In this document: positions 1 through 12,699 of the stretch, one piece after another | How positions within the stretch are numbered: position 1 is the first letter of the stretch | How the letters are laid out: each line of letters opens with the position of its first letter | Source: Epiperipatus broadwayi | Lineage: Eukaryota; Animalia; Onychophora | Assembly: GCA_028023455.1 (NCBI GenBank) | Contig: JAQFVV010000009.1 | Location: forward strand, 1,426,001-1,490,000 | Length of the DNA: 64,000 bases | Reading direction: 5' to 3' | The notes under the pieces: model-generated | Seen by the model: only the letters and a program-made list of their open reading frames with translations | Database searches by the model: none | What the model was told of the DNA's origin: nothing | Position numbers and translations under genes: made by a program

Positions 1-157
1 CTTAATTTTAACAATCCTTAGATCACTATCTGCATTATAATAAAATTGTCTTTTGTATTTGCTGTCTTCCACTGAATGCTCTTTTACTAACTTGTGGTTC
101 TGTTATTATTTTCCTAAAAGTATGCTGCTAATACACTCAACTTCTACAAAATACATC

Positions 158-590
158 ATTGGCAGGAAGGTCCCCTATGCACTTTTGGTATTTGGATAAA
201 TTGTAACAATGCTAAATTCTCTTATAATACCCTCTATAACATGAATTACAGCCTATTAAATGAATTCATCGAACTATCAAATGATTGATTGTGAACTTTT
301 ACAATATGCATATTTTAAGTACTATTTCATATTTGCTGTTTTTTGTGTTGCAAATTTCTTCTAAATAGTGAAATATTTAATTGGCAGAAAGGTATTCTAA
401 ACATTTTTGGTATTTGGATAAGTTGTATTGATAGTAAATTCTCTTGTGATACACTCTATAACATAAATTACAACTTATTAAATGAATTTATCAAACTTTA
501 TTTTTGCTATGTTAGATGATCAATTGTGAACTTTTGTAATGTATATATTTAAGTATTGTTCCGTACTTGTTGAATTTTATGCTGCAGATT
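158..590. repeat. Two diverged tandem copies of a ~220 bp unit
   Basis: attggcaggaagg...ttttggtatttggataa...ctctataacat...attgtgaactttt recurs at ~158 and ~380 with many substitutions. Confidence 0.7.
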
Positions 591-677
591 TGGTTAAAAT
601 TAATATGTATTGAAGTAAAATTGTTACAATTATATTAATATACTTTAACACAATTTTGGGTTTTTGTGATAAATATT

Positions 678-3600
678 TGCCATGTTCTGAGGGTCCCTAA
701 GACCAGTCAGATAGTGCTAAAAAAAACAAATAATATACTTATACATATATTATATGTAACAATATTTATTAATAAGATTAATAATGATGTAAGATCACAG
801 GGGTAAACATCCAGATTACAAAACTACAATTTATTCTCGAGTGGAAATACCTTATTTCCAAGCGTAAATAGATATGGTTTTATGCTTAGTAATCTTTAGC
901 ACTTGTACTACTATCAGAAAATGTATTTATAATTCTTTTAATGTATAACTAGCTTTAGCAGTTAAAAGTCTTTAATAGACAATAACTATTTCCATATTAA
1001 ATAACCTTTTACAGTTCCTTATTTACACATTTTCTTATGCAAACAATTTATACTATAACTTCAGCATCATAACTGTTATTAATTCCTCAAATGCAGTTTG
1101 ATAAATTTTTACTTATTCACACTTTCTTCAGAAAACCTTTTATTCGAGTATGGATGCTTCTTCTTCCAGCTTAACATTTTTGACAACTCAAGCATTCTGA
1201 ATCTTGTCACTATGGAGGAGTTATCCCCCACATTTTTGTTCAATTTATGTACAAATGTTGTTTAATTTAAATTTACTATTATAGTCTCTCTTTTTTGAAT
1301 TTCTATAGTAATTATAGAGAATATTTATGAGTGAATATAGTCAGTACTTATATATAACATAAATGCTTTTTAATTATACACACAAACATTCCACTCCATC
1401 TCCTACTCTAGAAATAAGAATTACTGTCAGACATAATCTTTAAACTTGACAGGTGGTCTGCATATTCATGGAGTTTTAGGAGTAACTATCTTGGCTTTGC
1501 CTATCTGAGTAGTTATAACTTTTTGCTCTTCCTGCATTATCTTTTTATTTTCCTTCAATTGTTTTTGATCTAGATCTTTATCTGTATTGCTCAATAAAAT
1601 ATCTTTTATGCTACTTTTCCCTCTAACATTGTATGGTAAAGTATTCCTATAACAACAGGGAAAATGATTAATATGTCTCCTCATTTCCTTTTTGTTTTGT
1701 AATTTTCTGTTCTTAATTGCATTAAATATGCTTTATTATATTGGGTATCTATTTATGTTTTAGTAGATCATGCATCCACATATTTCCCAATTATGATTTC
1801 TATCTCTTTTTCTAGTATTTGGTTAGTTTGGTCAAATGAATGCGGCAAAAGTGACACATTAATAAATCTGCTGGAGTCTTTTTTGTGGCTGAACTAGGTG
1901 ACTAATGCTAATTAAACATAGCATTCACCAAAGTTTGCAGTACATTTTTATTTTCATTTCTTCAACATGTTTTTTAAACATTGGACATCTTTTTCCTCAG
2001 TTTTGTTACTCTCAAAATGATAATGTGGATTAAGGGCATGTTTAATCTTTTTATCCTGAAAGTAATGTTTAAATTACATAAAGGCTGTGCCATTATCAAT
2101 CATTTTACTGTTATATAGTTTATATTTGGTTTCTTATAAATCTATTTTTCCACAATTTGTCATCCATCTTTTTCATATTTATAGCTCTGCACTCTTTGAA
2201 ATGATAGACAGCTGCTAAATGTCCTTCTGATTCACAATTTTTACATATTTTATCTTTATATTTGCAGTTATTGCTCAAATGTCTGGATTTACTGCAACAA
2301 TAGTATATTTGCTCTTTTTTCACTCTGCTGGAGGGACAGAATTTTTTTCTTATTTTCTGATTAGTAAATGAAATTTTTTGTAACTATTGAAACAATACAT
2401 ACTCGGACTTTATGTTTAGCATAGCCTCTTGTGTAATGCATGTGTCCATAGCCCATTTATAATTTAAGTCTCCTTTTCTAAAATTCTCATCCACCATGCC
2501 ATATAAAATTTGTTCTAATAATGAATCATTTATTTCAGGACCAAATTTGCAGTCTTTAACTAACTTCCTTAAAGCTACATTATAATCAACATATTTTTTA
2601 TGCATTAATAGCTTCCTATTTCGCAGTCTCAGTTGTGTTACCCATTTCGATATTCCTGGAGTAAATTTTCTTTATTATTTTGATAACTTCTTTATATGAA
2701 AGTTCTTCCTATCATTTGGGATCTGTTAATTTAGTCACATGCTGGATGTTATTTTGGCCTGAAAATAGAGATGTGTTGATATCCTGAAATGCTCAGTTTC
2801 TACTTCATTAATGAACATGTAATATTCTACATGTTCTATGTAATTTTTTCATTAGTCTACATTATTTATATCAAATTTTTGCGATCATAGTATTTAATCC
2901 CACTACTTTCTGTTTAATTCTTCTGCCCAGATTATTTTGTATCATCATCTGCTATTTTTTCTTTTTACCAAGTCTACCAACTGTCGACCTATGCCATTCT
3001 GCTATGTCATGAGACTATCTAAGTCCGGTCAGGTAGTAATAAAAAAAAACATTTATACTTAGTCATATATTATATATAATGATATTTATTAACAAGAATA
3101 ACAAATATGTAAGACCATAAGAGTAAACATCCAGATTATATAACTATAATTCATTCTCAAGTGGGAAGTACTTATTTCCAGGAGTAAATCAAATTTGCAT
3201 ATGTGATTTTAAACTTTGCAATTTTTAGCACTTATATTAGTATCAGGAAAAATATTTATAATCCTTTTAATATATAACTAGATTTAGCAGCTAAAAGTCT
3301 TTAATGGATAATAACTATTTCCATATTAAATAATCTTTTACAGTTCCTCATTTATACATTTTCTTAATGCAAACAATTTATACTTTTAATTTATACTATT
3401 AATTCCTCATGTGCAATTTGGTATTTCTATTTTATTTACATTTCTTCAGAAAACCTTTTATCCAATTATGGGTGCTTCTTCTTCCAGTTTAATATTTTTG
3501 ATGACTCAGGCACTCTCAATCTTGTCACTACTCAGGAGTTATCACCCCACATCTTTGTACAATTTGTACTAATATCCTGATTTACATATAAATGTTGTTT

Positions 3601-3737
3601 GATTTAAATTTCTTATTGTAGCTTACTTTTTTTAGATTTTCTAGAGTGAGTACAGAGAATATTTATGAGTGAAAATAATTTATACCTATATCCAAAATAA
3701 ATGCTTTTTAATTATACCTATTATATATGCACAACCA
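678..3737 (-). mobile_element. Old, internally deleted Gypsy LTR retrotransposon (gag plus pol tail only)
   Basis: Diverged direct repeats ~678-1388 and ~3000-3737. Minus-strand Gag (LRKLVKDCKFG...LLEQILYGMVDE, 2384-2605) and two Zn knuckles (CYCCSKSRHLSNNC, CKNCESEGHL, 2120-2323). Integrase-tail remnants (KTPADLL, MRRHINHF, RPPVKFKDY). PBS-like tggcataggtcgacag after the 5' LTR; purine tract gagtaggagatggagtggaa before the 3' LTR. No TSD seen. Confidence 0.8.
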
Positions 3738-5155
3738 TTCTAAGAATTTATTTACAAATGAAATATTATTCTTTTTTAAAAGATTAAAACAATGGGAACC
3801 AATATTAAAAATTAAGTTATATAAAGGTTTTACTTAAAGAAACTATAAAAGAATTAAATTTTAACCTTCAATAAATTAGGAAAGCAAAAAATTACAATAA
3901 ATCAATAACTTCTACAAATAAAAGTAATAAAATATACTTACAAATTCATTTTCAATGCTTACAAATTCTATAATGTCTAATTCCAAAGAGATGGCCTTAA
4001 AATACAAGGTTGAATGTAGAATTTTTTTTTTTTTTTAAATTGGTAAACATGTTATATAATTTTTATAAATGTATTTCTGTAATTATGATTAATGAATATT
4101 CAAATTAATAAATTAGTGCAGTAGAAAAAGATACAAAGAACATATTAGAAAACTATTTATTTATGCTTCATATTTTAATAAAGCACTAAGTATTATCTAT
4201 TAGTTTGCTTTCTAAAAGTGGTTGTTTTAGGAAGATGATAAAGTTGAATATGTTTGACTTAATAAATTTTTGTTTAAAAATCTTCTTTTTCTTAAAGTGT
4301 TGACAATTGAAAGTGCAAAAAAAAAAAAAAAGTTTTTTCATCTGAAACTCAAACATTTTAATGTATTGAATAATGAATGATCTTGTTGTCTAAAAACAAT
4401 TTATTACAATTTTAAATTATTCAAAAGCATTCGATAATTTATCAGTGTAGCCATAAAATCATCATTCATCAAAATGATTTCAAGTTAATTCTTTACATAG
4501 TAAAATGAAGATTGTTTAAAAAATAATTTTATTCATTAATGTATATGTTTAATTTTTATTTTTTACAAAGTGTGAATTAAATTTTTAAATAAAATACAGG
4601 ATTTTATTTATCAATTTATTTAACCTTTTATTTATTTTGTTTTGATTTTATTTTAACTTTAATATGAATTCCCATTTCTTACATTCAATTGTAATATATA
4701 TTGTGATGAAGAGAGATTATTTTAGTGCATGTATATGATGTTGAAATTATCCACCAGAAAAAAATTATGGAACTAAGATATAACTCATTAAACATAATAG
4801 AACAGCAAAAAGAATATGTTAATAGTTAGATAAATCAGAATACAGATTTGTTTCATAACTGTCATTACCTTTTATGCAATGTAAGCAGAATAAACAGCAT
4901 GGTCAGAAGTTATACGAATCTCTGATGTTAATCTAGTGAGATCCTATAATTTTTATTATAATGTGTTTAAAGTGAAAGTTTATATGCATCATAGAATAAG
5001 ATGCTATTCAAATAATTCTTTTTTAAATTTATTTGATTTTATATATTATGAACAATAAAAATTATTGGAAAACTCATATAAAATGAATAATAAAAAACAC
5101 CAGCATTCATCTATATATATATATTAATTCTAATATTTTCACGGATAAATGATGA

Positions 5156-5930
5156 TTTCATATTATTACTATTTTCGGAATATTCCGTGTGGTAAAATAG
5201 CTAAATAGCTGACATTTCGGTACAATAACAAGTACATTTTTCAAAGCATTCTCTTTCTCAAATCATATGAGTGCATGTGAGATTTAAAATCGTTTTTATC
5301 TTTTTGTTTCTCCTCATACTTAAATTCTATTGGTTGAGAAGTTTTTAATTTTATTTTGTCCTCCAATAGCTGCTTCCAAATGTTGTTAATCTTCTTTAAT
5401 TCACCCTTTTGTTTAATGCTAAGAGAAACTATAGAGATTTTTAAAAGGCCCAAGAGCATAAATGAAAGGTGTGAATTAAAGAAGATTAACAACATTTGGA
5501 AGAAGCTATTGGAGGACAAAATAAAATTTAAAACTTCTCAACCAATAGAATTTAGGTATGAGGAGAAACAAAAAGATAAAAACAATTTTAAATCTCACAC
5601 GCACTCACATGATTTGAGAGGTCATATCGCTAAGAGAAACTATAGAGATTTTTAAAAGGCCCAAGAGCATAAACCAAAGGTGTGAATTAAAGAAGATTAA
5701 CAAAATTTAGAAGAAGCTATTGGAGAACAAAATAAAATTTAAAACTTCTCAACCAATAGAATTTAAGTATGAGGAGAAACAAAAAGATAAAAACGATTTT
5801 AAATCTCACACGCACTCATATGATTTGAGAAAGAGAACCTTTGAAAAAGGTACTTGTTATTGTATCGAAACATCAGCTACTTAGCTATTTTACCACACGG
5901 AATATCCTGAAAATAATAATAATATGAAAT
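5156..5930. mobile_element. Penelope-like element 3' end (pLTR) in inverted plus tandem arrangement
   Basis: 5156-5415 is the reverse complement of ~5660-5930, and ~5418-5620 is tandemly repeated at ~5629-5830. The + strand encodes LRETIEIFKRPKSINERCELKKINNIWKKLL, resembling the C-terminus of PLE GIY-YIG ORFs. Hammerhead-like motif at ~5838-5876 and in the inverted arm. Confidence 0.75.
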
Positions 5931-6417
5931 AATATATATATAATGACTGGAATGATTATGGTAGCATGTACATTTTTGTAATGACTGTTTGCAGATTGGT
6001 TTGCAATTCAGAAAAGCAATAATACATTTTATAAACTTATATTCACATATGTTGATATGTCAGTAGGCTAAATTAAGTAATAAAATTTTAGAAGTGATTG
6101 CTTTTTAAACTTCTGGCACTCTGTACAAAAGATAGATGTAAAAAAAAGTTTATACTTGGTAGAGAATAGGTAAATCAGCCTTATGCCTATGTAGTTGCCA
6201 GATAAATACTAATAGTTGTCACTTTCTTAAACAAAGTACTTCTATTTCTGTCACCATGTAACTCTATTACTATCTATATTCTTCAATATTGAAAGTACAT
6301 TATCATCCTTTAAAGTCATCACAAAAACTAAGTCTGCCTACACTAATCTTCAGTTCTTCATCTGGATCATGGCAGAGATATCTTAGAAAATCTTCTGAAG
6401 AAATTTGCTCAAATGAA

Positions 6418-7980
6418 TCAGATCTGATAATCTAAAGATGAAGATTAAACAGACAAGTACTGCATATTATTAATCCAGAAAGAAGCAAAGAATTATAGTA
6501 TTAAAAGGGGCAGAATATTTGTGTGTAAAAACAATAATAATGAGATATGTTAAGAATAAAATCATTCATGTTGTTTTTCAGCTAAAGAGTTTCTTTTTGT
6601 GTCAGATTTGTTTAAAATATTTCGAGCAATAGTGATTTCAAAAGAATGCTAATCAGTGATTTTTTTTTTAATAAATTATTTTTTTATTGATGAATTATAT
6701 ACAAATATTAACATATATACAATAGAATAAAAGTTACATATGCAAAAATATGATAAAAGTACAATATATAATGAAACAAACTAAACAATAAGTTAATCAA
6801 CTTCGATTAAATTTGATCCAAATTTGTATAGCATTTTATACTAGTATGCATAATTTATTTATACATCTAACTGGAGGGGATTTGAACACAGATTTTCAAG
6901 ATTCTTTCAGTCATCTACTCTATCTTATACAACCAATACACATGACCACATATATGTGAAAAAGATAAATGATCTCCAATAGACATATTTTGTGCTGAAC
7001 CAAGACTCATCACTTGGTCCAGATAATCTCCCACACATATAATCAGAGCTCGGTTTATATTAAGATAGCAAATCATCAAACTTTAATGGATAGTCTTCAA
7101 TCTTCTCTACTCTCCGGCTCTTCGGTCATCCATATCACTGAAAATCTGATGATTGATAGGATGGCTGAAGAATTGGATAGTAGAGAAAATTGAAGCTATC
7201 CATTAAAGTTTGAAGATTTGTTATCTTAATATAAACCGAGCACTGATTATATATACGTGTGGTAAATGATGATCCGGACCAATTAATGAGCGCTGATTCA
7301 GCGTGAAATACATGCATTGGAGATCATTTTTCTTTTTCACATCTATGTGGTCATGTTTATCAGTTGTATAAGATAGAGTGGAGACTGAAGGCAGCTTGAA
7401 AGTCTGTATTGAAATCTCTTTAATTACATCTAGCTTCAGTATATATACTATACTTGTACTTAAATATTATACATCTAAAAATTTTTCAAAGGTTAAGCTT
7501 AAGAATTATTTCTGCAATATTATTTATTACCATATACTTAATAGTCCAATTGCTTACATCTGCTGATGAAATATATATCAAAATTCACACTCAAATATTG
7601 CACAACCATGATAACTGAACTGATTTCTTCACAATGCATTTAGGATATTATTCATATATTGATAAGCCCAGTTATTTATTTTCAAGAATGAATGTTTACA
7701 ACAAATGTAAAATGTGAGAATGCACTACTGAGATAGATTGTAGATCTGTAATCTAAAGATGAAGATTAAGCAGTCAAGTATATTATTAATTCAGGCAGCA
7801 GAGAATTCTATTATTAAAAGAGGCAGAATGTTTGTCAAAGCAATAACAATGAAATATTTAATATAAAAAGTTATTCATATTAGTTTTCAACTACAGAATT
7901 TTTTTTTTGTATCAGATTTGTTTAAAGTATTTTGAGCAGTTTTTATTTACAGTGATTTCAAAGAATGCTAGTTTGTGAAT
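6418..7980. repeat. Dispersed direct repeat pair (~240 bp) at 6418-6660 and 7741-7980
   Basis: Shared agatctg...aatctaaagatgaagattaa...tattaaaag(g/a)ggcagaat...tcagatttgtttaaa...agtgatttcaa...gaatgcta; moderately diverged. Confidence 0.7.
6875..7420. mobile_element. Hammerhead repeat family A, head-to-head inverted pair
   Basis: 6875-7135 is the reverse complement of ~7155-7420. Both arms are homologous to the units at 59272-61020 and each holds a decayed hammerhead (+ strand copy at 7278-7321). Confidence 0.8.
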
Positions 7981-8447
7981 TTATATTTCAGATCTTATAC
8001 ATTATTAGCAACAATCCATCCTATATAACTCTAATATCAAAATAATATCCAAATTATTTTTTGACTTTTAGCTAATGGCAATGAAGATTGCTCAATTGCT
8101 TATATTTAAACAACAGTTACTATATTTTTATATATTATTCCAGGTAATAATTTTGAAAATTATAATGCCAGGGGTACCTGTATTGTATAGCTATATAGGT
8201 TTGATACTGGGTTAATGATATAAATTATATTAAAACTGTGGCTATTTTTAAATTTTTTGTAAAATAATGCTTATATCTTAATGTCAGCATTTAATCTATT
8301 CTAGAGTTAATTTTGCAGGAGTGAGTAATATTAATAATATTAGATAACAGTGCCATAAAACATCTTCAAATTAAGGTTTGGCTTTTATCAATGAGAAGCA
8401 TTTGATTGCAAATATGTCAGAAGATCTTCATTGATTTTTTATGCTTA

Positions 8448-11142
8448 TGTAATATATGCAGTTTAAATTAAACATACATACGAAAGTATCTTTATTTTAA
8501 AATATTATTTTATTGTTAAATCTTTAAATTTTGCTACTGATATTCTAATCATAGACATTAGCTTGAAATGCAATCAATTGTAACAAACTAATTAAACAGA
8601 TAACGAAGGAATTTAATTAGCAAAACCCAATCTAATTAAATCCCACCTTAATTTATAAGTTACTCCAGAAAACAAAGAAAACATATAAAAGGGAGGCCAT
8701 TTTTGAAAAGATCAACAGAGTGAGTACAGAGCGTTTTAAGTGAATTAGAGCAGAGCATTAGTTGCAAAGAATAGCATGAGAATTGCGTATTACCCTCATG
8801 GGGAAAGAAGAGAAATTAGATGTAGAAACTATACGTTCAGAATTATCGTGCGAGTATTCGTTATCGTGTGTTCATAGTGTATTTTTCTAATACAGCTCGG
8901 TGGGAATCCGAACTTTGTATAAACTGTAAATCAGTTAGTATCGATCTGTTTTGAGAATTAAACCAACTAGTTCGCAAATTAACTTTTGTGTGCAGTAATT
9001 GAAAAGTCAATATACTGCAATCTGGCGCAGTCAAACCTAAAAACCACAGTGAATAACCAGCTATTAATAAGAAAATGTCAGTTTTCGGACAAAACTCTAT
9101 TGGAGAGTTCGACGTGGAAAACGCGGCCGATTGGCCACTATACCTGTCACAAATCGAAAATTTCTTCATATTAAATGGAATTGTAGACAACAAGCGGAAA
9201 GTAGCCGCCCTCTTATGTTTCTCGGGGAAAAAAATGATTGAAATTGCCAATAAATTATACCAAAATCCCATAGATGAGAATGTACCATTCAAGGAATTAT
9301 CCCAACGGCTAAATGAATTTTTTAGCCCTTGCCCATCCCGGCTATATAGCATGCCTACAATTAAGAAATAGAAAACAACTAAATAGTGAAACAATCAACA
9401 GTATAATTTAGCTCTCAAGGAGCTAGCGAAAGATTGTGTGTACGGTGATTTCGTAGAAGAAATATTATTAGATCAACTGTTATGGGGAATGTTTGACGAC
9501 AGGCTCAGACAACAGCTGTTAACAGAGGCAGACCTAACCTATGAAAGTGCTATAAAGAAAGGAATAACGTTTGAGCTAATTCTAGAACAGGCACAGGCCT
9601 TCAGATCAAAAGAGAAAAGTTATGAGCAAGTTTTCAAAACAGATAAAGCAGAAATACTTTCGTTTCAATGGGAACCCCAGAGAAATTACAGTTTTAAATG
9701 CTACTGCTAAGGGAAAACAGGCCACATAGCTAAAGACTGCAAATGGAAACAAGAAACGTGTTTCAATTGCCGAACTAAGGGCCACCTGGCATGCGCATGC
9801 AGGCAATCGCCAGAAAGGGATGGTCGACAAAGGAAATATAGTCCAGACACAAATGGTAGAGTGTATAGTATTAAATATATATCTACCAAGGGGGAAAGAG
9901 ATAGGACCATTTCGCAAACACAAACAGAGATCATTAAATTACAAAATCAATTTGAAGATGATCGGAAAGACTCTGAACAGAAGCAGTGTAAAGAGCAAGA
10001 TTCTATGAAAGAGCAACTCCAGATTCACATACAGATGATAGATATGTTGGTCGCAGAAAAAACAAAGCTGCAGTCATCCCTAGCACAAAGTCAGCAGGTC
10101 ATAAAACAGAAATCAGATGAACTTGAAGAATTTCAAGTAAGATTGAAGGCTTCTAGACAATGAGTAATAGAACTTGAACAACAAAACTCAGAACTTAGTG
10201 AAAAATTGCAAAGTAAACGCGCAATGTCAGAATTATCCGAACAGGTAGAGAGTTGGCAGCTGTATGAAATGGAACCACAAGAAAAAATGGCCGAAAGTGA
10301 AAAGGAAGAAGACACTTCTGAAGATTTTTTAGAAGAGTGGCAATCTTTAACCAGTGAGCTGCCAGATACAAAAACTGTAGAGCAAGGAAAAAATCAGACT
10401 CTCTTCAAGTGGGAGAAAAAAGCACTCAGGGCGGCAAGGAAAAAGAATTTGCACAAATTTCAAGGTTACATCAGTTAATCATAAAAATAAAGTTTTCTCC
10501 AGTTTGGAAAAAGAAAAAATAAAGCACCGAGGAGTCGCATCATGGGGTTTTCTGGAGTAAGAGGAGGTATTGTAATATATGCAATTTAAATTAAACGTAC
10601 ATACGAAAGTATCTTTATTCTAAAATATTATTTTATTGTTAAATCTTTAAATTTTGCTACTGATATTCTAATCATAGATGTTAGCTTGAAATGCAATCAA
10701 TTGTAACAAACTAATTAAACAGATAATGAAGGAATTTAATTAGAAAAACCCAGTCTAATTAAATCCCACCTTAATTTATAAGTTACTCCAGAAAACAAAG
10801 AAAACATATAAAAGGGAGGCCATTTTTGAAAAGATCAACAGAGTGAGTACAGAGCGTTTTAAGTGAATTAGAGCAGAGCATTAGTTGCAAAGAATAGTGT
10901 GAGAATTGCGTATTACCCTCGTGGGGAAAGAAGAGAAGTTAGACGTAGAAACTATACGTTCAGAATTATCGTGCGAGTATTCGTTATCATGTGTTCATAA
11001 TGTATTTTTCTAACACAGCTCGGCGGGAATCCGAACTTTGTATAAACTGTAAATCAGTTAGTATCGATCTGTTTTGAGAATTAAACCAACTAGTTCGCAA
11101 ATTAACTTTTGTGTGCAGTAATTGAAAAGTCAATATACTGCA
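8448..11142 (+). mobile_element. Young non-autonomous Gypsy LTR element carrying a captured host-gene fragment
   Basis: 572-bp TG...CA LTRs at 8448-9019 and 10571-11142 with about 17 substitutions by eye (~97% identity). Perfect 5-bp TSD GCTTA (8443-8447, 11143-11147). PBS-like tggcgcagtc at 9023 (tRNA-Ser type). PPT ggagtaagaggagg at 10554-10567. Confidence 0.95.
9075..10478 (+). pseudogene. Disrupted chimeric ORF: Gypsy Gag fused in frame to a golgin A2 (GM130)-like coiled-coil fragment
   Basis: Gag N-terminus, capsid-like region and two CCHC knuckles (9075-~9800), then EQLQIHIQMIDMLVAEKTKLQSSLAQSQQVIKQKSDELEEFQVRLKASRQ*VIELE, matching the conserved GM130 block recalled as [56 protein letters not shown]. 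ORFs at 9075, 9438, 9861 and 10206 share one frame. Breaks: compensating indels near 9348 and 9398, stops at 9708 and 10161. Confidence 0.85.
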
Positions 11143-11667
11143 GCTTACATAGATTGTTCTAGAGTAAGGTGATATAGAATGTATTCCAGTTGTTAATGCA
11201 ACTGTTGAATAAAGCTTAGAAGACACATGTAATGCCATTTTGAAATAGTTATTGTTTAATCATCTAGTAATATTTTTTTATTTATTCAAACTATATTACA
11301 TAATTCTTATTGTATTGATGTAGTTTAATGTTTTATGATCTGTTTCTTAAGTTTTTATTGTATTGCCTGGTTTTAGACTTTTTAAAATTATATCATTCTT
11401 TTTTTATATATATGTTTTCTTTGAATTGATTATACTAATATGTTTTTTGAATTATATGATCATAATGTTTATGAATGAAGTTTATATACTACTGGTATTA
11501 AATTTAATAACTATTATGTTAAACATTGTAATGTCATTATTATTGTAAAAAAAATTATTAACATATATATGTACCGTATAAATTATTCTAAAATAAAATT
11601 AAAAATTCTATTTTTTTATATTTATAAAATAAATATATTACAAATGTCTTCTTTTTTTTTTTTTTAG

Positions 11668-11736
11668 ACAGAAATGAAAAATACGGGTAGTCAAATTGTT
11701 AGTTATTTACAGGAAATTCCTTTTATTGTATATGCA
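11668..11736 (+). CDS. NIPAL2: NIPA-like magnesium transporter (NIPAL2/3-like), coding exon
   Basis: Long T tract plus AG acceptor, GTAAGT donor. TEMKNTGSQIVSYLQEIPFIVYA, phase 0/0, in frame with the next exon. Confidence 0.8.
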
Positions 11737-11939
11737 GTAAGTATATTATCTTAATAATTTTAAAAATATGTTAATGTAAAGAATTTAATGAATAAAGCAA
11801 TTTTATGTAAGTAATATTAGTCAATATTAAATGTGTGTAAGATATCTATTCAGTTCTTATGAAAAATAGTTTTATTTGAGAGTTATTGTATTAATGAATA
11901 CATTTTTTTTAATACAGTATTCTTTCTTTTTTTTTGCAG

Positions 11940-12036
11940 TGTATAGAATTGTTTCTATTAGGATTGTTGCTGTTTATACGCAGAAATTATCAAGTTAACA
12001 GCATATTAATTATTATTCTAATTACAAACATATTTA
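11940..12036 (+). CDS. NIPAL2: NIPA-like magnesium transporter (NIPAL2/3-like), coding exon
   Basis: tttttgcag acceptor, GTAAGT donor. CIELFLLGLLLFIRRNYQVNSILIIILITNIF, phase 0/1. Confidence 0.85.
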
Positions 12037-12699
12037 GTAAGTATCTTTGATCAAATTAATTTTGTTTATATTCTAATTATATTAATATTTTAAAATATTG
12101 GCTTTTACACTCAAAATGAGATACTTTCAATCTGAAATACATATATTATTAAAATAATTTTTAAGTGCTGTGCATGGGTAAGTGCAGATTCTTGAATTCA
12201 TGGATCACTGCTCCAGTTTTGTCATTTTAGGGTGTTCAAACTTTTTATAAACACCAGGCAATAAACTATTCTTGTTTTTTTTTTTTTTCATTACAGTCTT
12301 GTCAGCAATAATTAATCCATTTCCTGTTACTCTACTTATGAATTCTTTATGTAAATATGACTAATCAATTATACAAGAAGATAAGGTCTAATCAGCATCA
12401 CACTAGTCTGTAATTATTGCTTATCTTCATTTTAATTTCATCAGATATACATTAAAACTTAAACACAAAAAAAGCTATGAAATTATAAAATTGCATCAAT
12501 TTTTGCCTGAAATATATTTGGGACTGTTGTTATGCCAAATGGCAATCTATTGCACTTAAATAGCTCAAAAGGTGTGGTGAACATTAAAAATTTTGACAGT
12601 TTTCTGTGACATTGGGATCTGGTGAAAGGCTGAATTTAGATCAAGTTTTTCAAAATAAACTTGTTCGCAGTTACTCTATAGTCACTGCATATATGTATG

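Noticed and set aside
8861-9394. 177-aa minus-strand ORF (also 9606-9923, 10987-11238, 54394-54792, 54930-55361)
   Set aside because: Antisense shadows of LTR, Gag or LINE sequence with no recognisable motifs.
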